Source: Octopus vulgaris | Lineage: Eukaryota | Length of the DNA: 64,000 nucleotides | Reading direction: 5' to 3' | Assembly (NCBI GenBank): GCA_951406725.2 | Contig: OX597818.1 | Location: 136,834,001 to 136,898,000 of the forward strand | Shown here: piece after piece, positions 1 to 13,230 of the stretch | Position numbering within the stretch: the first letter of the stretch is position 1 | Layout: each line of letters begins with the position of its first letter | Translations under genes and position numbers: made by a program | Notes under the pieces: generated by a model | What the model saw: the letters and a program-made list of their open reading frames with translations, nothing else | Told to the model about the DNA's origin: nothing | Databases searched by the model: none

Positions 1-31
1 CATGCTAACGATTTGGCCAGCTCACCACCTT

Positions 32-33
<2 letters not shown>

Positions 34-87
<54 letters not shown>
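34..87. repeat. (CA)n microsatellite
   Basis: Pure CA run. Confidence 0.95.
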
Positions 88-95
<8 letters not shown>

Positions 96-474
96 ATAAG
101 AATATAATTACTGTAGTTATTACATAAAGTTATTATATACCAAAACCATGAACATACATGAAGTTCTTTTTTTCATCTTGTTTATGAAAAAAACAACAAA
201 ACACAACGAGGCAACAACAACATTAAGAACAAAACCACAAAAAATGTTACCTTTGATGTGGGTGAAAATATAAATAAATAAATGAGTTACTCATCCATTT
301 ACTGGTTGGTGTCTAGTCAGTGGTGGGTAGTGGGGTGGAAAATGTGGATGTGTGTATATATGTGTGCGAGAGAGAGAGAGGTATGTCCTGGCTTATTACA
401 TTAGTTACTTTCATAATTCCTAGATAACAATTACATTACCGACACACCATTATAACAATCATGATAGGAATTAT

Positions 475-537
475 CATTATTATTATTATTACTATTATTA
501 CTATTATTACTATTATTATTACTATCATTATTATTAC

Positions 538-573
<36 letters not shown>

Positions 574-609
574 TATTATTACTATTATTATTACTATCAT
601 TATTATTAC

Positions 610-653
<44 letters not shown>

Positions 654-745
654 TATTATTACTATTATTATTACTATCATTATTACTATCATTATTATTA
701 CTATTATTATTACTATCATTATTACTATCATTATTATTATTACTA

Positions 746-782
<37 letters not shown>

Positions 783-829
783 TATTATTACTATCATTAT
801 TATTATTACTATCATTATTATTATTATTA
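475..829. repeat. (ATT)n / ATTACT / ACTATC compound microsatellite
   Basis: About 350 bp of trinucleotide repeat. It is the source of the poly-Ile, poly-Leu and poly-Asn ORFs at 436-1114. Confidence 0.95.
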
Positions 830-1980
830 TGTTTCTGTACACGTATAGATAGAGACACACACATACACACACAAATTCAACCAAACAGACATATACTCAG
901 AGGAACACACATATGCAATCTGACTAAAAAAAATCTGCACACATTTAATATACAACTATATACATGCAGCTATGAACATAATACAAATAAAAACCAATAC
1001 ACATACATATACAACAACATATATATATATACAACAACATATATATATATACAACAACATATATATATACTACAACATATATATACACACACACATATAT
1101 CAGACGTTAAATGATGATGATGATATATATATATATATATATATATAAATATATATGTATGTATGTATGTATGTATACATATTTGCATTCACAAATACAC
1201 ATAGATCTATATTTGTGTTTATAAATGTGTGAGGATCAATCATTGAAACACTGAACAGATGTAATAAGACAAAGATAGGTTAACCCTAGCAAATTCATAA
1301 TTGACTTTGCTAATTAGAATCTCCACAAGCAGAGACTGCAACATGATATAATAGCTAGGACTCTGCTACGGTGCTACAATGTGTGCAGAAGTGAGAATTT
1401 CAACATTTGCCTGGCTGCATATTGAAATGGTAGGTATTGTGTGCAGTGAGAATTGGCTGAATGTTACTATAGCAACAGAAATATTTTAGAATATAGAACA
1501 TATCAAGAGGTTTTGAAACAGAAACAGTTTTTTCCCTAAAAAAAGAAATGTTGACATTTCAAAGGATTTTTCCACTCCGTGTGTCTGTGTGTGTATGTGT
1601 GTGTACACTCGCATGTGTGTGTGTATGCAGACACACACACATATAGGTGCAGGCATGGTTGTGCAGATAAGATGCTCGCTTTGTTTTCATGTTGGTTGAG
1701 GATCAGTCCCACTGTGCAGCACCTTAGGCAAAAGTCTTCAACTATAACTTCTCTCTTCCTCTCCCTCTCTCCTTCTCTTTCTCTCTCTCTCTCTGGCCAA
1801 GTAACCATGAATCTCCTCCATAGCAAGATACCTGTTTCTGCCTCTCTGTCACATTCTAACCCTTCATCAAATAACACAAGATCACCTCCTCCAATGCACC
1901 CTCCCCTCTCAAAATTCCTTGTCATGCAAGTTACTTGGTGACCCTGCTAATGCTGGTGCGACTATCTATCTATTATCCAG

Positions 1981-2036
<56 letters not shown>

Positions 2037-2149
2037 TACCTAGCTATTTATCTACATATATTATTGTAACATAGTTACTTGTTGCTAATTATTGTAGATA
2101 ACTTGCATTTTTATTTCTCCTTTGCTTACTTTTCAAGGTTTCCTTCATG

Positions 2150-3869
2150 TTTATGATGTATTTGTCTTCTGCAGATTTACTTATATCTTTTACAGTCACT
2201 GGTACTGGCAGCTCCTGAATGACATCACACAATGTTTTTTAATTTTTTCTTCAATTCAGCTGATGAGTTATTTTTACTGGTGGGACAGCCATATATTATT
2301 TTACAGTACAGACTTATGGGAAGGTCCTATACGTCAAACAACTCCATCCAGACTGTACCTAACAGACTGGTTGCATTTTTTACCACAGAAACTTTTGCTC
2401 CACAGGTTTTTCCCTGAAATGTGATATCCCTCCACATTTCGCCTATGAAGTGTAGTTTTTCACCTGTCTTGCATCGTGCAATCTTTGATATTTTTCTTAG
2501 TGCAGGTTTCCCAATTCTTACCCATGTGTTGGTATTAATAATCGAGATGTCACTACTAGTATTTAGTTGTAATTTAATATTCACTTCATTTACTTTTACA
2601 TGTACAAATTTTCTCTTTTTGGTGTCACTTCTACTTTCCGTTGAGAAAACTTTAGAATTTTTTATGTTTGACCTTCCTAATGTTACTCTGCAATGTGAGC
2701 TCTTGTGTCTTGTATTTTGAAAGGACAATCTTTCCTGAAATGTAGGGCTCCACATCCATAGCATGGGTTAGATCTTAACATTTTTTTGTTTTATACCTTC
2801 CCAGTTGGCATGCTTGTACTTGTGAGAACTCCTTCTCTTCAATTTTCTTTACGTCCTGGCGTAAGTTTACCATTCTTTGACACTCCTCTGCAACTGAATG
2901 CAGGGTTAAACTATGTTCTGCTTGTTCAAGTTTTGTGAGAATTCTTGCATGTATCTTTGCATCTTTATTTGCTGTAAGCTCTTGTACAAAAATGAGGCAC
3001 TTAAACATATCAGGAGTTAATTCCTTCAGCTTAAACCTTTCGCACATATGGTTTATGGTCCTGGCATATATGACAAAGTCTCCATCCTCTTTTTTAACTA
3101 GATTCCAACACTCCTATTGAATGTTAAATAGGGAACTCTTATCTTGATAGTAGTTCAACTGTTTCCTGGAAATAAATTTCACTAGTTTTTTGGGGTAGTA
3201 TAAAATTACAATATTTTTCATGTTCTGATGGAGCTAATTTACATAATAATAGTCTTACTTTTCCCTCCTCTGTCCACGAATTGCAATCCTTGAAGATTTC
3301 TTTGTATCTTCCGAAGTATACCACAAACATTATACCCTCCTCTGGGTTAAAACTGAATACTCTTATCTAGTTTGATACACTGTCTGGCGAAAACAAACTT
3401 ATAGTGTTTCCAAACTTCTAAAGACATAGCTCCATTAACTGCTGTTTTTTCTTTGTTGAAGTAGTTGTTTCTGCAACTCCTGTTGCTGTTTTTGCAACTG
3501 TATTATAGAAGCTAATAGGTCTTCCATCATTAACATCATTTGTATCACAAAAATTTGTTAACTGACTTGTGCGAGCTTCAAATCCTCATCACCAATTATT
3601 GTAGTATCATCAATTATTATAACGATACTTGTTCACACTATAATCGTGCAGTAACAAAAATAATATATAAAGAAGTAGGGCAACGACAAGACAAAAACCC
3701 AACAAACTCTCCATGAACTATACATGAACCAACAACGATATTCCAACAATCTTCCAAAATGACACCTTATGACTCCCTGCGATTAACACCTACTCTTACT
3801 CAGACCATTACTATTTATAGTTGTTCAGTCAAGTCTATTCTTGCAGGGGATGTCGTGACTCTTGTCACA

Positions 3870-3872
<3 letters not shown>
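2150..3872 (-). mobile_element. Decayed Gypsy LTR retrotransposon, 5' half (LTR, PBS, gag, protease)
   Basis: Minus-strand ORF pieces 3139-3330, 2775-3047 and 2327-2764 read as a gag-like region, then an aspartic protease (KLQLNTSSDISII = decayed D-T-G motif; LLGTVW). Candidate LTR runs TGTTG...TACA at 3872-3600 and is followed by PBS-like TGGTGATGAGG. Many stops and frameshifts. Confidence 0.8.
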
Positions 3873-3902
<30 letters not shown>

Positions 3903-4321
3903 ATCAACTAATGAGGGTGAGAAAGTTGTATACTAATTTAATAGTACATCCATTTAACACTGAGTGGCTTAGTGCATATAAAACTCGGATTCGATACATT
4001 TTATACATAAATATAAGAGAGCGACCACTATGTGGTCTACTCTAGCACTAAAAATAGATCCACTGGGCTTTAGCCACATAAAAAATGTTTCCGATGAATA
4101 TTAGCACAACTACTGGCGCAGACAGGGCAAATAAACATAACAAAAATTCAAATTAGTTCGGGACAATTGTTTCGCTATTAATAAATTAATAAATTATGTA
4201 ATTTTACTCACATAATATACCTTTATTTGTAGCTCATCGGCCAAACCCATTCAGAATACAATTTACTCGACCGCACGCTATTTTTAGTGCTAGAGTAGAC
4301 CACATAGTGGTCGCTCTCTTA

Positions 4322-4328
<7 letters not shown>
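3903..4328 (-). mobile_element. Penelope-like pLTR remnant with a 51-bp inverted repeat and a hammerhead
   Basis: Perfect inverted repeat 4007-4057 / 4278-4328 encloses a hammerhead motif. The element is embedded between (TA)n runs. Confidence 0.65.
4156..4246 (-). ncRNA. Type I hammerhead ribozyme motif, U4C core, long loop II
   Basis: Minus strand: GTTTGG-CCGATGA-GCTA-(52 nt)-TAGC-GAAA-CAATTG-TC-CCGAAC. Stem I 6 bp, stem II 4 bp, palindromic stem III, GUC site. Confidence 0.7.
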
Positions 4329-4366
<38 letters not shown>

Positions 4367-4603
4367 GTGTATGTATAAGTTAAATTCATAAGTCATAATA
4401 TAAGTGCTAAATGCTGCAGAACAGGAAGGTTCAGAAGATGTTAAAATTTCAATCCTTGCTTGCAGCCATTTCATTTCCTCTTATGCCACGCCAATGACCT
4501 TAGCGAAGGACTGCTATATGGTCACACTATCTGCTGGGAATATAAACTAGCATTACAGAGCTTGACCAATGGAGTGTTTTCTAACTGTGGTCACTACCTT
4601 TAT

Positions 4604-4835
4604 AAGGCGGCGAGCTGGCAGAAACGTTAGCACGCCGGGCGAAATGCGTAGCCGTATTTCGTCTGCGTTACGTTATGAGTTCAAATTCCACCGAGGTCAA
4701 CTTTGCCTTTCATCCTTTCGGGGTCGATAAATTAAGTACCAGTTACGCACTGGGGTCGATCTAATCGACTTAATACCAATGTCTGTCCTTGTTTGTCCTC
4801 TCTGTGTTTAGCCCCTTGTGGGTAATAAAGAAATA
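4604..4835 (+). mobile_element. SINE family B (GGCGGCGAGCTGGCAGAA head)
   Basis: Multi-copy in window, with a B-box-like GAGTTCAAATTCC. 15-bp TSD GGTCACTACCTTTAT at 4589-4603 and 4836-4850. Confidence 0.9.
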
Positions 4836-5377
4836 GGTCACTACCTTTATTCTGTCTTGCTTCTATTTATCACCCATATTTTGTCCACTTCAAACTCTGC
4901 ACTGAATACTTATTTTATTTTACAGTTTCTCTTCCCTTCAGAAGGCCACAGTTGGAAAATCTATATATTTCTTCAATCAGAGATGACATGTGATTAAACA
5001 CGCATCAGTCTTGGCACTTAAAACAAGTCTAAATTTGATGCTGAATTTCCAGGCACCTCAAAAAAAAAAAAACAAAAAAACGTGTTTTGAGTCCAATTTG
5101 CTCCAATCTACCATAGCCATCACTGAAGAGTTTTGTTATGTATAGATTTGGTGATAAAACAGTAGTAAACAATGGCTACATTACAATATTGTAATCAACA
5201 CTACGAAATACTGTTTTATAGAGTGTAGAAGGAAATCTTGATTAAAACAGTATATGTGATGCTCTCAATACTCTATCATAGATCTTAAACGCATCATTTC
5301 CAAAAGATGGACAGATGATAGAAGCTTACATAGCTGCCAGCATACTAAGAGACAGACAGAGGACAATAGAAACTTAG

Positions 5378-5680
5378 TGGAGGCACATGGCCTAGTAGTT
5401 AGAGCAGCAGACTCGCGGTTGAGGGATCGTGGGTTTGAATCTCAGACCAGGTGATGTGTGTGTTTATGACCAAAACACCTAAGCTCCACACGGCGCCGGC
5501 AGAAGGTGATGGGGAACTTCTGCTGACTCTTTCGCCACAACTTTCTCTCACTCTTTCCTCCTGCATCTTGCAGCTCACCTACAATGGACCAGCGTCCCAT
5601 CCAGGTGGGGAACCTATATATCAAGGAAACTGGGAAACTGGCACTTATAAGCCAGGCATGGCTCGAGAAGGAACAAACAA
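5378..5680 (+). mobile_element. tRNA-derived SINE (C-type head, E-type tail)
   Basis: Head matches 40950 onward; tail matches 10945-11040. Confidence 0.75.
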
Positions 5681-6088
5681 TAGAAACTTACAAGGGTGCC
5701 AGTGCACCAAAACACAGACAAACAAGAAACTTACCGAGCTGCCAACAATCCAAAAGCCACAGCAACATCATTGTTTTGGGTGAGTCTCACGACTTCTTCG
5801 ACTTTGTCTAGAAGTTGAGGATGGCCAGCATAGAGAGCAGCAACAGGAATAATTCTTAGAACGCAGTCTACTTGTTCATCGGATTCAGAACCTAGAAAAG
5901 GGAAAGGGTGAGGGAGGTGAGATATACATTGAGAGAAGGAGAGTAATGGAGAGAAGAGGAGAGGGTGATCGACATTGGGAGAAATATAAAGAATGAAAGA
6001 GAGTGAGAAAGAGATATAGAGAATGTGAATGACAATGAGAGAAATTGAGAAAGACAGAAAGTGAGTGAAGGAGTAAAATGGAGAGGAT

Positions 6089-6121
<33 letters not shown>

Positions 6122-6465
6122 TTAGAGAAACAAATATAGATATAGATAGCATAAGAGTTATTAAAGATTTAATACAGATAAGTAAAAATAATTACATATT
6201 AAAATAACACTTAAATTATTACATCTAAGAATAAACTATTCATGTATAAAAAGGGCAGAGTGGCAAACAAATTGCTTTGTGGCATTTATTCTGGGTCTCA
6301 ACATTATGAGTTCAAATCCTGCCAAAGCTAATTTTGACTTACATCCTTTGTGGTCAATAAAAAAAATGTAGCAGTCACGTACTAGAGTTGAATTAATCAA
6401 GTTATCATATCATCAAAATTCTTCGTACGGGCCTCTTTTAGAATCAGTATTTTTGTAGAAGAATA

Positions 6466-7655
6466 ACCATCTATGTATCATACCTTATGTATATACATTG
6501 TTGATAAAATTCCCTACAGATAAGCTGTGTTAAAAACACAATATATATCAGAGGGCGATAAAAAAAAATTGTGCATCTGGTTAACAAGAACATCAAATGC
6601 ATCTCAATCTTTTTGAGCTTTGTCAGTGATGTGTACTCATACCCACTTATCTAAATGAGATCTGTCACCTCAATATAGAAAACAGTGAATAATACATTTA
6701 CTGATATTGCAAATAGCTGATGGGCTGAATAAAATATCCAGTGTAAGCAATTGAAGCTGCATTCAGTTAAAAAAGCCATTTACATATAAGGTATACTCTT
6801 TTACTCTTTTCGCTCAATAAACACTCACAACGCCCGGTCTAGGAATCGAAACCGCGATCCTATGATGAAAGGTCAATAAAATTAGTACCAGTTGAGCACC
6901 GGAGCTGATGCAATCGACTAGTCCCCTTCCCCAAAATTTCAGGCCTTTTAGCTTTAGTAGAAAGGATTATTATTATTATTATTATTATTATCATAGCCAC
7001 TTATCGAAATGAGATCTGTCACCTCAATATAGGGGGACAAACACAGACACACATACTATACACGCACACACATATATATATACACATATATACGTGTACG
7101 AAGGCTTCTTTCAAAAAGTTTCATATAAGTCTACCAAATCCACTAAGCAAGGCTTTGGTCGGCCCGAGGCTATAGTAGAAGACATACAATGCCATATATG
7201 GAAAGGAGACAGAAGAATTGTCCTGGCAGTGGCTAGCAAGAAACTCCAGATAAATATCAAACTTCTTAGGGCTTGTCATTGTATATTTGCAGCTACATGC
7301 CTAGTTGAAATTTGTCATCTCCAATATGTAGAAAATAGTGAATATATTCAGATACTGCAAACAGTTGTTGCACTGAATAACAAAAAAATCCAGTGTATGA
7401 AATTGAAGCAGCATTAAACTAAAACAGCCATCTATGTATCATATCTAATGTATGTGGTTGTGAGTACATGTCATTGGTAAGGCCCAAGAAAGCCAAAATA
7501 CATCTGGCATTCTTGCTAGCTGCTGCTGGGAGATCTTCCATCTCCCTCTGATATGTATTATGCTTTTAACACAGCATGAAACTGCAATATCTTACCTATC
7601 AATAAAGTATATACGTTAGATATGGTACATAGATGACTATTTTAATTTAATACTG
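6466..7655. repeat. Old, roughly 320-bp repeat unit in direct and inverted copies, interrupted by SINE fragments
   Basis: 6466-6790 resembles 7190-7450 (direct). 7462-7655 is an inverted copy sharing CATCTATGTA..CATA and GCTGTGTTAAAA..ATATCAGAGGG. Confidence 0.6.
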
Positions 7656-8384
7656 TTTATGAAGTAGAATTGTGGGTTGGCACGATTTTTAGAGTGGCTC
7701 ATTTAAGGACAGTGATATGTACTCATGAAATGCAGTAGTAAGTCTAAACTGTAACCCTCTGCCAAACACTAATGTGTTTTTCTTGTTATAAATCAATATT
7801 TATGTCAAAACATCACACAAAACAATAGCAGGCACAGAAACACATATGTAAATTAGGTAATAATTCATATCACCATCAATATTGTAACCTAAAGACCAGG
7901 TTTCCCCTTCTGAGTCTATGACCATTACGTTTACCCACAGTTGTTCACTTTTGGTATTTCTTTTCTTTTTACAACTGCCTATGGCCCAAATGTATATCAC
8001 ATCATATCGTACATGTACAAATATCATCAGGTGTCCCAATATTTCTATCTTTATCGATGTGTATATAAGCAAAAATTAAACTCTGAAGCCATCAATTATA
8101 AAAGTGGTATTGCCATATTTTACATATTTACCAATAACCCACAGTGAACACTTCCATGGCCAACCTGGTGCTGGCTCTCTATTCTACACCAATGATTAGC
8201 AACTATATTTTATGCTATGGTCTACAATATTTCTATATTGTCTATGACCCACCTGATATCAATTAACTGAAGCCAAAACAATCAATATCCAAAAACAAAT
8301 TTAATTCAAGCCATAACAAAATAAACAAAAAGAGCTGTTAGCCAGGTTTGAAGAATACAATAATATCAATACTTGTCCCATATT

Positions 8385-8829
8385 AAGGTGGTGAGCTGGT
8401 AGAATCATTAGCATGCTGGGCAAAATGCCTAGTGGTATTTCATCTGTCAAGGCGGTGAGCTGGCAGAAACGTTAGCACGCCGGGCGAAATGCTTAGCGGT
8501 ATTTCGTCTGCGTTACGTTGTGAGTTCAAATTCCGCCGAGGTCGACTTTGCCTTTCATCCTTTCAGGGTCGATAAATTAAGTACCAGTTATGCACTGGGG
8601 TCGATGTAATCGACTTAATACCTATGTTTGTCCTTGTTTGTCCCCTCTGTGTTTAGCCCCTTGTGGGTAATAAAGAAATAGGTATTTCATCTGTCTTTAT
8701 GCCACCAGGGTCAACTTTGCCTTTCATCCTTACCAGGTCAATAAAATTAGTACCAGTTGAGCACCGGAGCTGATGCCATCGACTAGTCCCCCCCCCAAAA
8801 TTTCAGACCTTTTAGCTTCAGTAGAAAGG

Positions 8830-8881
<52 letters not shown>
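8385..8881 (+). mobile_element. Nested family B SINEs (young copy 8449-8680 inside an older copy)
   Basis: 15-bp TSD GGTATTTCATCTGTC at 8434-8448 and 8681-8695. The older copy resumes and ends in (ATT)n. Confidence 0.85.
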
Positions 8882-8882
<1 letters not shown>

Positions 8883-9387
8883 CTGGGAAAAATGCCTTGC
8901 AGCATTTCGTTCGTCTCTATGTTCTGAGTTCAGGGTTGATAAAATAAGTACCAGTAAAGCACTAGGGTTGATCTAATTAACTTAACCCCTTCCACAAAAT
9001 TGCTGGCCTTGTGCCAAAATTTGAAACTAATATTCATCCCATCTTGTTCCTCAATGCTCTATGAAGCAGAAACACTTGCACATTGGAAAACTCTTTATAT
9101 ACCTAGAATGGTTCAGCTGCCTCACACACATACATACTGAAAGACTATCTGACTATTTGGTAAACCACTCACCATAACAATACATCCACTAAAACAGTAA
9201 TGCTCAGTAGCCTTCTTCTCCGGCTCTGTAATCAATGATCCCTAATTCTCTGGACAATCAAGCCATGTTATACCTATGATTCCCCCAAAATCTCTACCAA
9301 CCATTGATACCCATACCTAACCGTTCCTCTCTCCAACTTCAGTCCTCCAGGAAAACACACACACATACTCTCCACAGAGACACATAG

Positions 9388-10004
9388 TTAACCCTTTAGC
9401 ATTTAAACTGGCCATGTTCAGCCCAAATATTCCATCTGTTTTATGTTCTGGCTAGACAGATCAGGCCTCTCAAACTTACCCTACAGTGTTATTCTAAAAG
9501 TACACCATCACATCATCCAAAGCTTAAAGCTTCAAGATAATCTATATATATAAAGCTGAAGTTGTCTGTGTATGGCAGGTTTGGTAGCCTTCAACTAACA
9601 CTATCTCCTCCGAGACCCTGTGGCGCAAGTTGAACAAAACTGAGAGTATGATAAAAGAAGGCTTGCTCTTCCTTCCGTAGAAGAAAAATTCAAATCGGAC
9701 CATGTTAACACCAAAAATTATATACATCAAAAAGGTGCTTTTTTTCTATGAAATTCTCTACTTTTTATGGTTTTTTTACTGCTGTGTCGCCATTTTTCGG
9801 TGTATTTCAACCAGAAAAATGTTCACTTAAAGAGAATAACAAGCTACATAATGCAAAATTTTTACTTTTCAAAAGTTCCAATTCTAAAGGGTCGAAACAA
9901 ACCTGAGCAACGCCGGGCGATACTGCTAGTTAAGGATAAATTTAAAACAATGTGAATAAAGAAGCAATACATTTGACAAAGTAATCTGAATGCTTAAGGG
10001 TTAA
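9388..10004. mobile_element. piggyBac-type MITE (TTAA-CCCT...AGGG-TTAA) interrupted by a Helitron
   Basis: TTAA at 9388-9391 and 10001-10004; TIR CCCTTTAGCATT / AATGCTTAAGGG. Same family as 48078-48303 and 60868-61090. Confidence 0.8.
9541..9929 (+). mobile_element. Non-autonomous Helitron
   Basis: Starts TC(TATATATATAAA), has a subterminal GC hairpin CCTGAGCAACGCCGGG, ends CTAG, and sits between A and T with no TSD. Confidence 0.8.
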
Positions 10005-10798
10005 AGCTGGCTCAGTTTCATTAATTTATATGAGTAGAGTGAACTGCAACTGGTAATAGAAACTGTACTGTATACACAGCTCACCAGGGATTTATATCTA
10101 TTCTACATTAATAGCAAAAATAGAAAATTGTTCACTGGAACTATATTTCTGCTGCTGCTGCACAAAAAGTCGTATTGCTTAAGAAATATATGGTTTGTGG
10201 CAATATGACAATTATAAATCTATTGATTCAGCTGGCATTAATGTGGAGACAAAACTATCAAAATACATTAAAATTTAAAGAAAAAAAAGACCCAAAAAAA
10301 ATCCTCAAAAAAAAAAAAAATTCAGACTGGAATTTTATACAAAAAAATAAATATTTCATACTAACAGGCTTCACTTGCATTTATCCTCTTTCTTTCTTTT
10401 CTGTCTCCTATTTATTTTATTTATTTACCTTTTTTCTTACATTACTTGTTTTGTCAATTATCACTAATGCGGCTTCTGTTCTGAGTTTGCTCAGTAAGTC
10501 CATGCTAAATCTGTGCTATATTGGCCAAACTGTCTACTTTGCAGAAACAACCCCAACGCCCACTGCCCCCTCTACAAAAGGAAAAAAAGAAAGAAGAAAA
10601 ACAGCTTTTCACAAGAGGAACTATAAATAAACAATAATGGCAGGAAAATGGTGAAATTGTGAGCATGTAGGATAGAATGTCTTGCAGTATCAGTTCTAGT
10701 TTTCTGTGCTCTGAGTTCAAATCCCACCAAGCTTAGATATTAATTTTTACTGTCATCCTTCTAATTTTGATAGATAAAGTACCTGTCATCTACTATGG

Positions 10799-11040
10799 TA
10801 GAGGCATGTGGCTTAGTGGTTAGGGCGTTGGACTCATGATCTTAAGATTGAGGTTTCAATTCCTAGACTGGGTGACGCATTGCGTTCTTGAGCAAAACAC
10901 TTCATTTCATGTTACTCCAGTCCACTTAGCTTGTAAAAATGAGTAACCCTGCTATGGACCGGTGTCCCATTCAGGTGGGGAATATATACCCCATGGAAAC
11001 TGGGAAACTGGTCCCTATGAGACTATAGAACTTGGGAAGG
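10799..11040 (+). mobile_element. SINE family E (tRNA head, CORE-like central block)
   Basis: A box TGGCTTAGTGG and B-box-like GGTTTCAATTCC. GTTCTTGAGCAAAACACTT...GTAAAAATGAG resembles the CORE domain. Confidence 0.75.
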
Positions 11041-11269
11041 AAGGAATGATATCTATCATGATCTCTTTGTCTGTCCATATGTCTGTCTCTCAGAATTGGT
11101 TATGTCATGTTGTGTTGCAAGAACTTTTGTAAACTCATTGCAACACAAGAGCTATCTCATAGTATCTCTTTCTCATGACCTGGAGAAGCTGGAACACAAA
11201 TATGAATGACCTGTAGGAACACCATAGTATGCAACCATAATATACTCATTGTTTACATTAGGCATACCC

Positions 11270-11590
11270 ATCATTATCATCATCATCGTTTAACGTCTGT
11301 TTTCCATGCTAGCATGGGTTAGATGGTTCGACCGGGGTCTGGGAAGCCAGGAGGCTGCACAAGACTCCAGTCTGATCTGGCAGTGTTTCTACAGCTGGAT
11401 GCCCTTCCTAATACCAACCACTCTGTGAGTGTAGTGCGTACTTTTTATGTGCCACCGGCACAGGAGCCAGAGGAGGCTAGCAAACGGCCACGGTCGGTTG
11501 GTGCTTTTACGTGTCACCGACACAGACGCCAGTCAGGCAGCGCTCAGCGGCACGGGTATCTTAACAACAATTTCCATTTGATTTTCCCCA
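11270..11590 (-). mobile_element. Family D element (3' end of RTE LINE)
   Basis: Multi-copy GGAAGGGCATCCAGC...CCCATGCTAGCATGGAAA..(GAT)n on the minus strand. Confidence 0.8.
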
Positions 11591-12044
11591 TATATGGAAA
11601 ATCGCAACCAAATCAGTGCTGGATATAATTTCTACAGAAAATCTGTAGAGATAACCTTAACAAGTGACCTGGAGAAGGGTTATGTGAGGAGGGGAGGCAG
11701 TAAATACTCTTCTTACTATGTGAACCAATGTATAGTATCGTATGGAATCGAAATAAAGAATTTAATGTCCTGGACTGTTGTTTTTTATCTGAAAGTGTAA
11801 GTCATCATTATCGCCATCATTGTTTCAGTGTCCACTTTCTTGTGCTTGCATAGGAGGAACAGAATTCATTGCAGCAGATTTTTTGTGGTTAGATGCTCTT
11901 TCTGTTGCCACCCCTCACCTGCTTCTAAGAATGACCTTATTCTTACTCCCCCATGGTCAGACATATTTTTGTGGAAGAATGGAAATGAATGACACTGCTT
12001 CTATGATGGTGACACTCTTTTACAAGTATCTAGCAATGTCAAGA

Positions 12045-12085
<41 letters not shown>

Positions 12086-12829
12086 TCAACATGCTTCTTT
12101 CAGTTTCTGCCAACCAAATAAATTTTTATGGTTTTGACTGGGGCCCAGTAGAAAACATTTTCCCAAGGTGTCATCCAGTGTGACTGAAATCCAAGCCATA
12201 TGGTTGGGGAACAAACTTTTTAACCACACAGCCAAGCCTGTGCTTAAAAGAAAAATATAAATAAAAGTGATATTGCCATATTTCATTAACAACTCATTGG
12301 TAGTCAGTACTGTATTACTGATCCTCTTTTACTCTTTTACTTGTTTCAGTCATTTTGACTGTGGCCATGCTGGAGCACCGCCTTTAGTTGAGCAAATCAA
12401 CCCCGGGACTTATTCTATGTACATACATATCCATGTGGTTGGTTAGCAAGCTATTTACCACACAGCCACTCCATTTAACTACTACTACTACTATGCTTTC
12501 ACTGTTATCCTCTCTAGTATTGGTACCACAATAGAATACACACAGTTTACCATTAAATGTGAATGCAGGAGGTCCTCTTAATCTCAATGAGGACATGACA
12601 ACCTCTCCAGTGCTGGTGCCATGATAAAATACACGTAGTACAGTCTGTAAACCATTTGGTATAAAGAAACCAAGTGAAATATTAAACTTATCAGCGATAT
12701 GTGGTTCTTCATCCCATTTAGATGTGCAGTAATGGGTGTCTGAGCCATTCCAGCAATGGAAAGTGGATGTAAGTGATGATGGTGAAGATGATGATATTGA
12801 GAGGGATTCAGAAAATAATTGTCATCTGT

Positions 12830-13230
12830 AGGCGCAGGAGTGGCTGTGTGGTAAGTAGCCTGTCTACCAATCACATGGTTCCGGGTTCAGTCCCACTGCG
12901 TGGCACCTTGGGCAGGTGTCTTCTACTATAGCCTCAGATCGACCAAAGCCTTGTGAGTGGATTTGGTAGACAGAAACTGAAAGAAGCCTGTCGTATATAT
13001 GTATATATATATGTATCTGTGTGTGTCTGTGTTTGTCCCCCCTAGCATTGCTTGACAACCGATGCTGGCGTGTTTACGTCCCCGTCACTTAGCAGTTCGG
13101 CAAAAGAGACCGATAGAATAAGTACTGGGCTTACAAAGAATAAGTCCCAGGGTCGATTTGCTTGACTAAAGGCGGTGCTCCAGCATGGCCACAGTCAAAT
13201 GACTGAAACAAGTAAAAAGAGTAAAGAGTA
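12830..13230 (+). mobile_element. SINE family A, full length
   Basis: GGCGCAGGAGTGGCTGTGTGG head, GGTTCAGTCCC B box, internal TA/TG microsatellite, (AAAGAGTA)n tail. More than 10 copies in the window. Confidence 0.9.

Noticed and set aside
436-1114. Long poly-Ile/Leu/Asn ORFs that look like membrane proteins
   Set aside because: Translations of an (ATT)n microsatellite.
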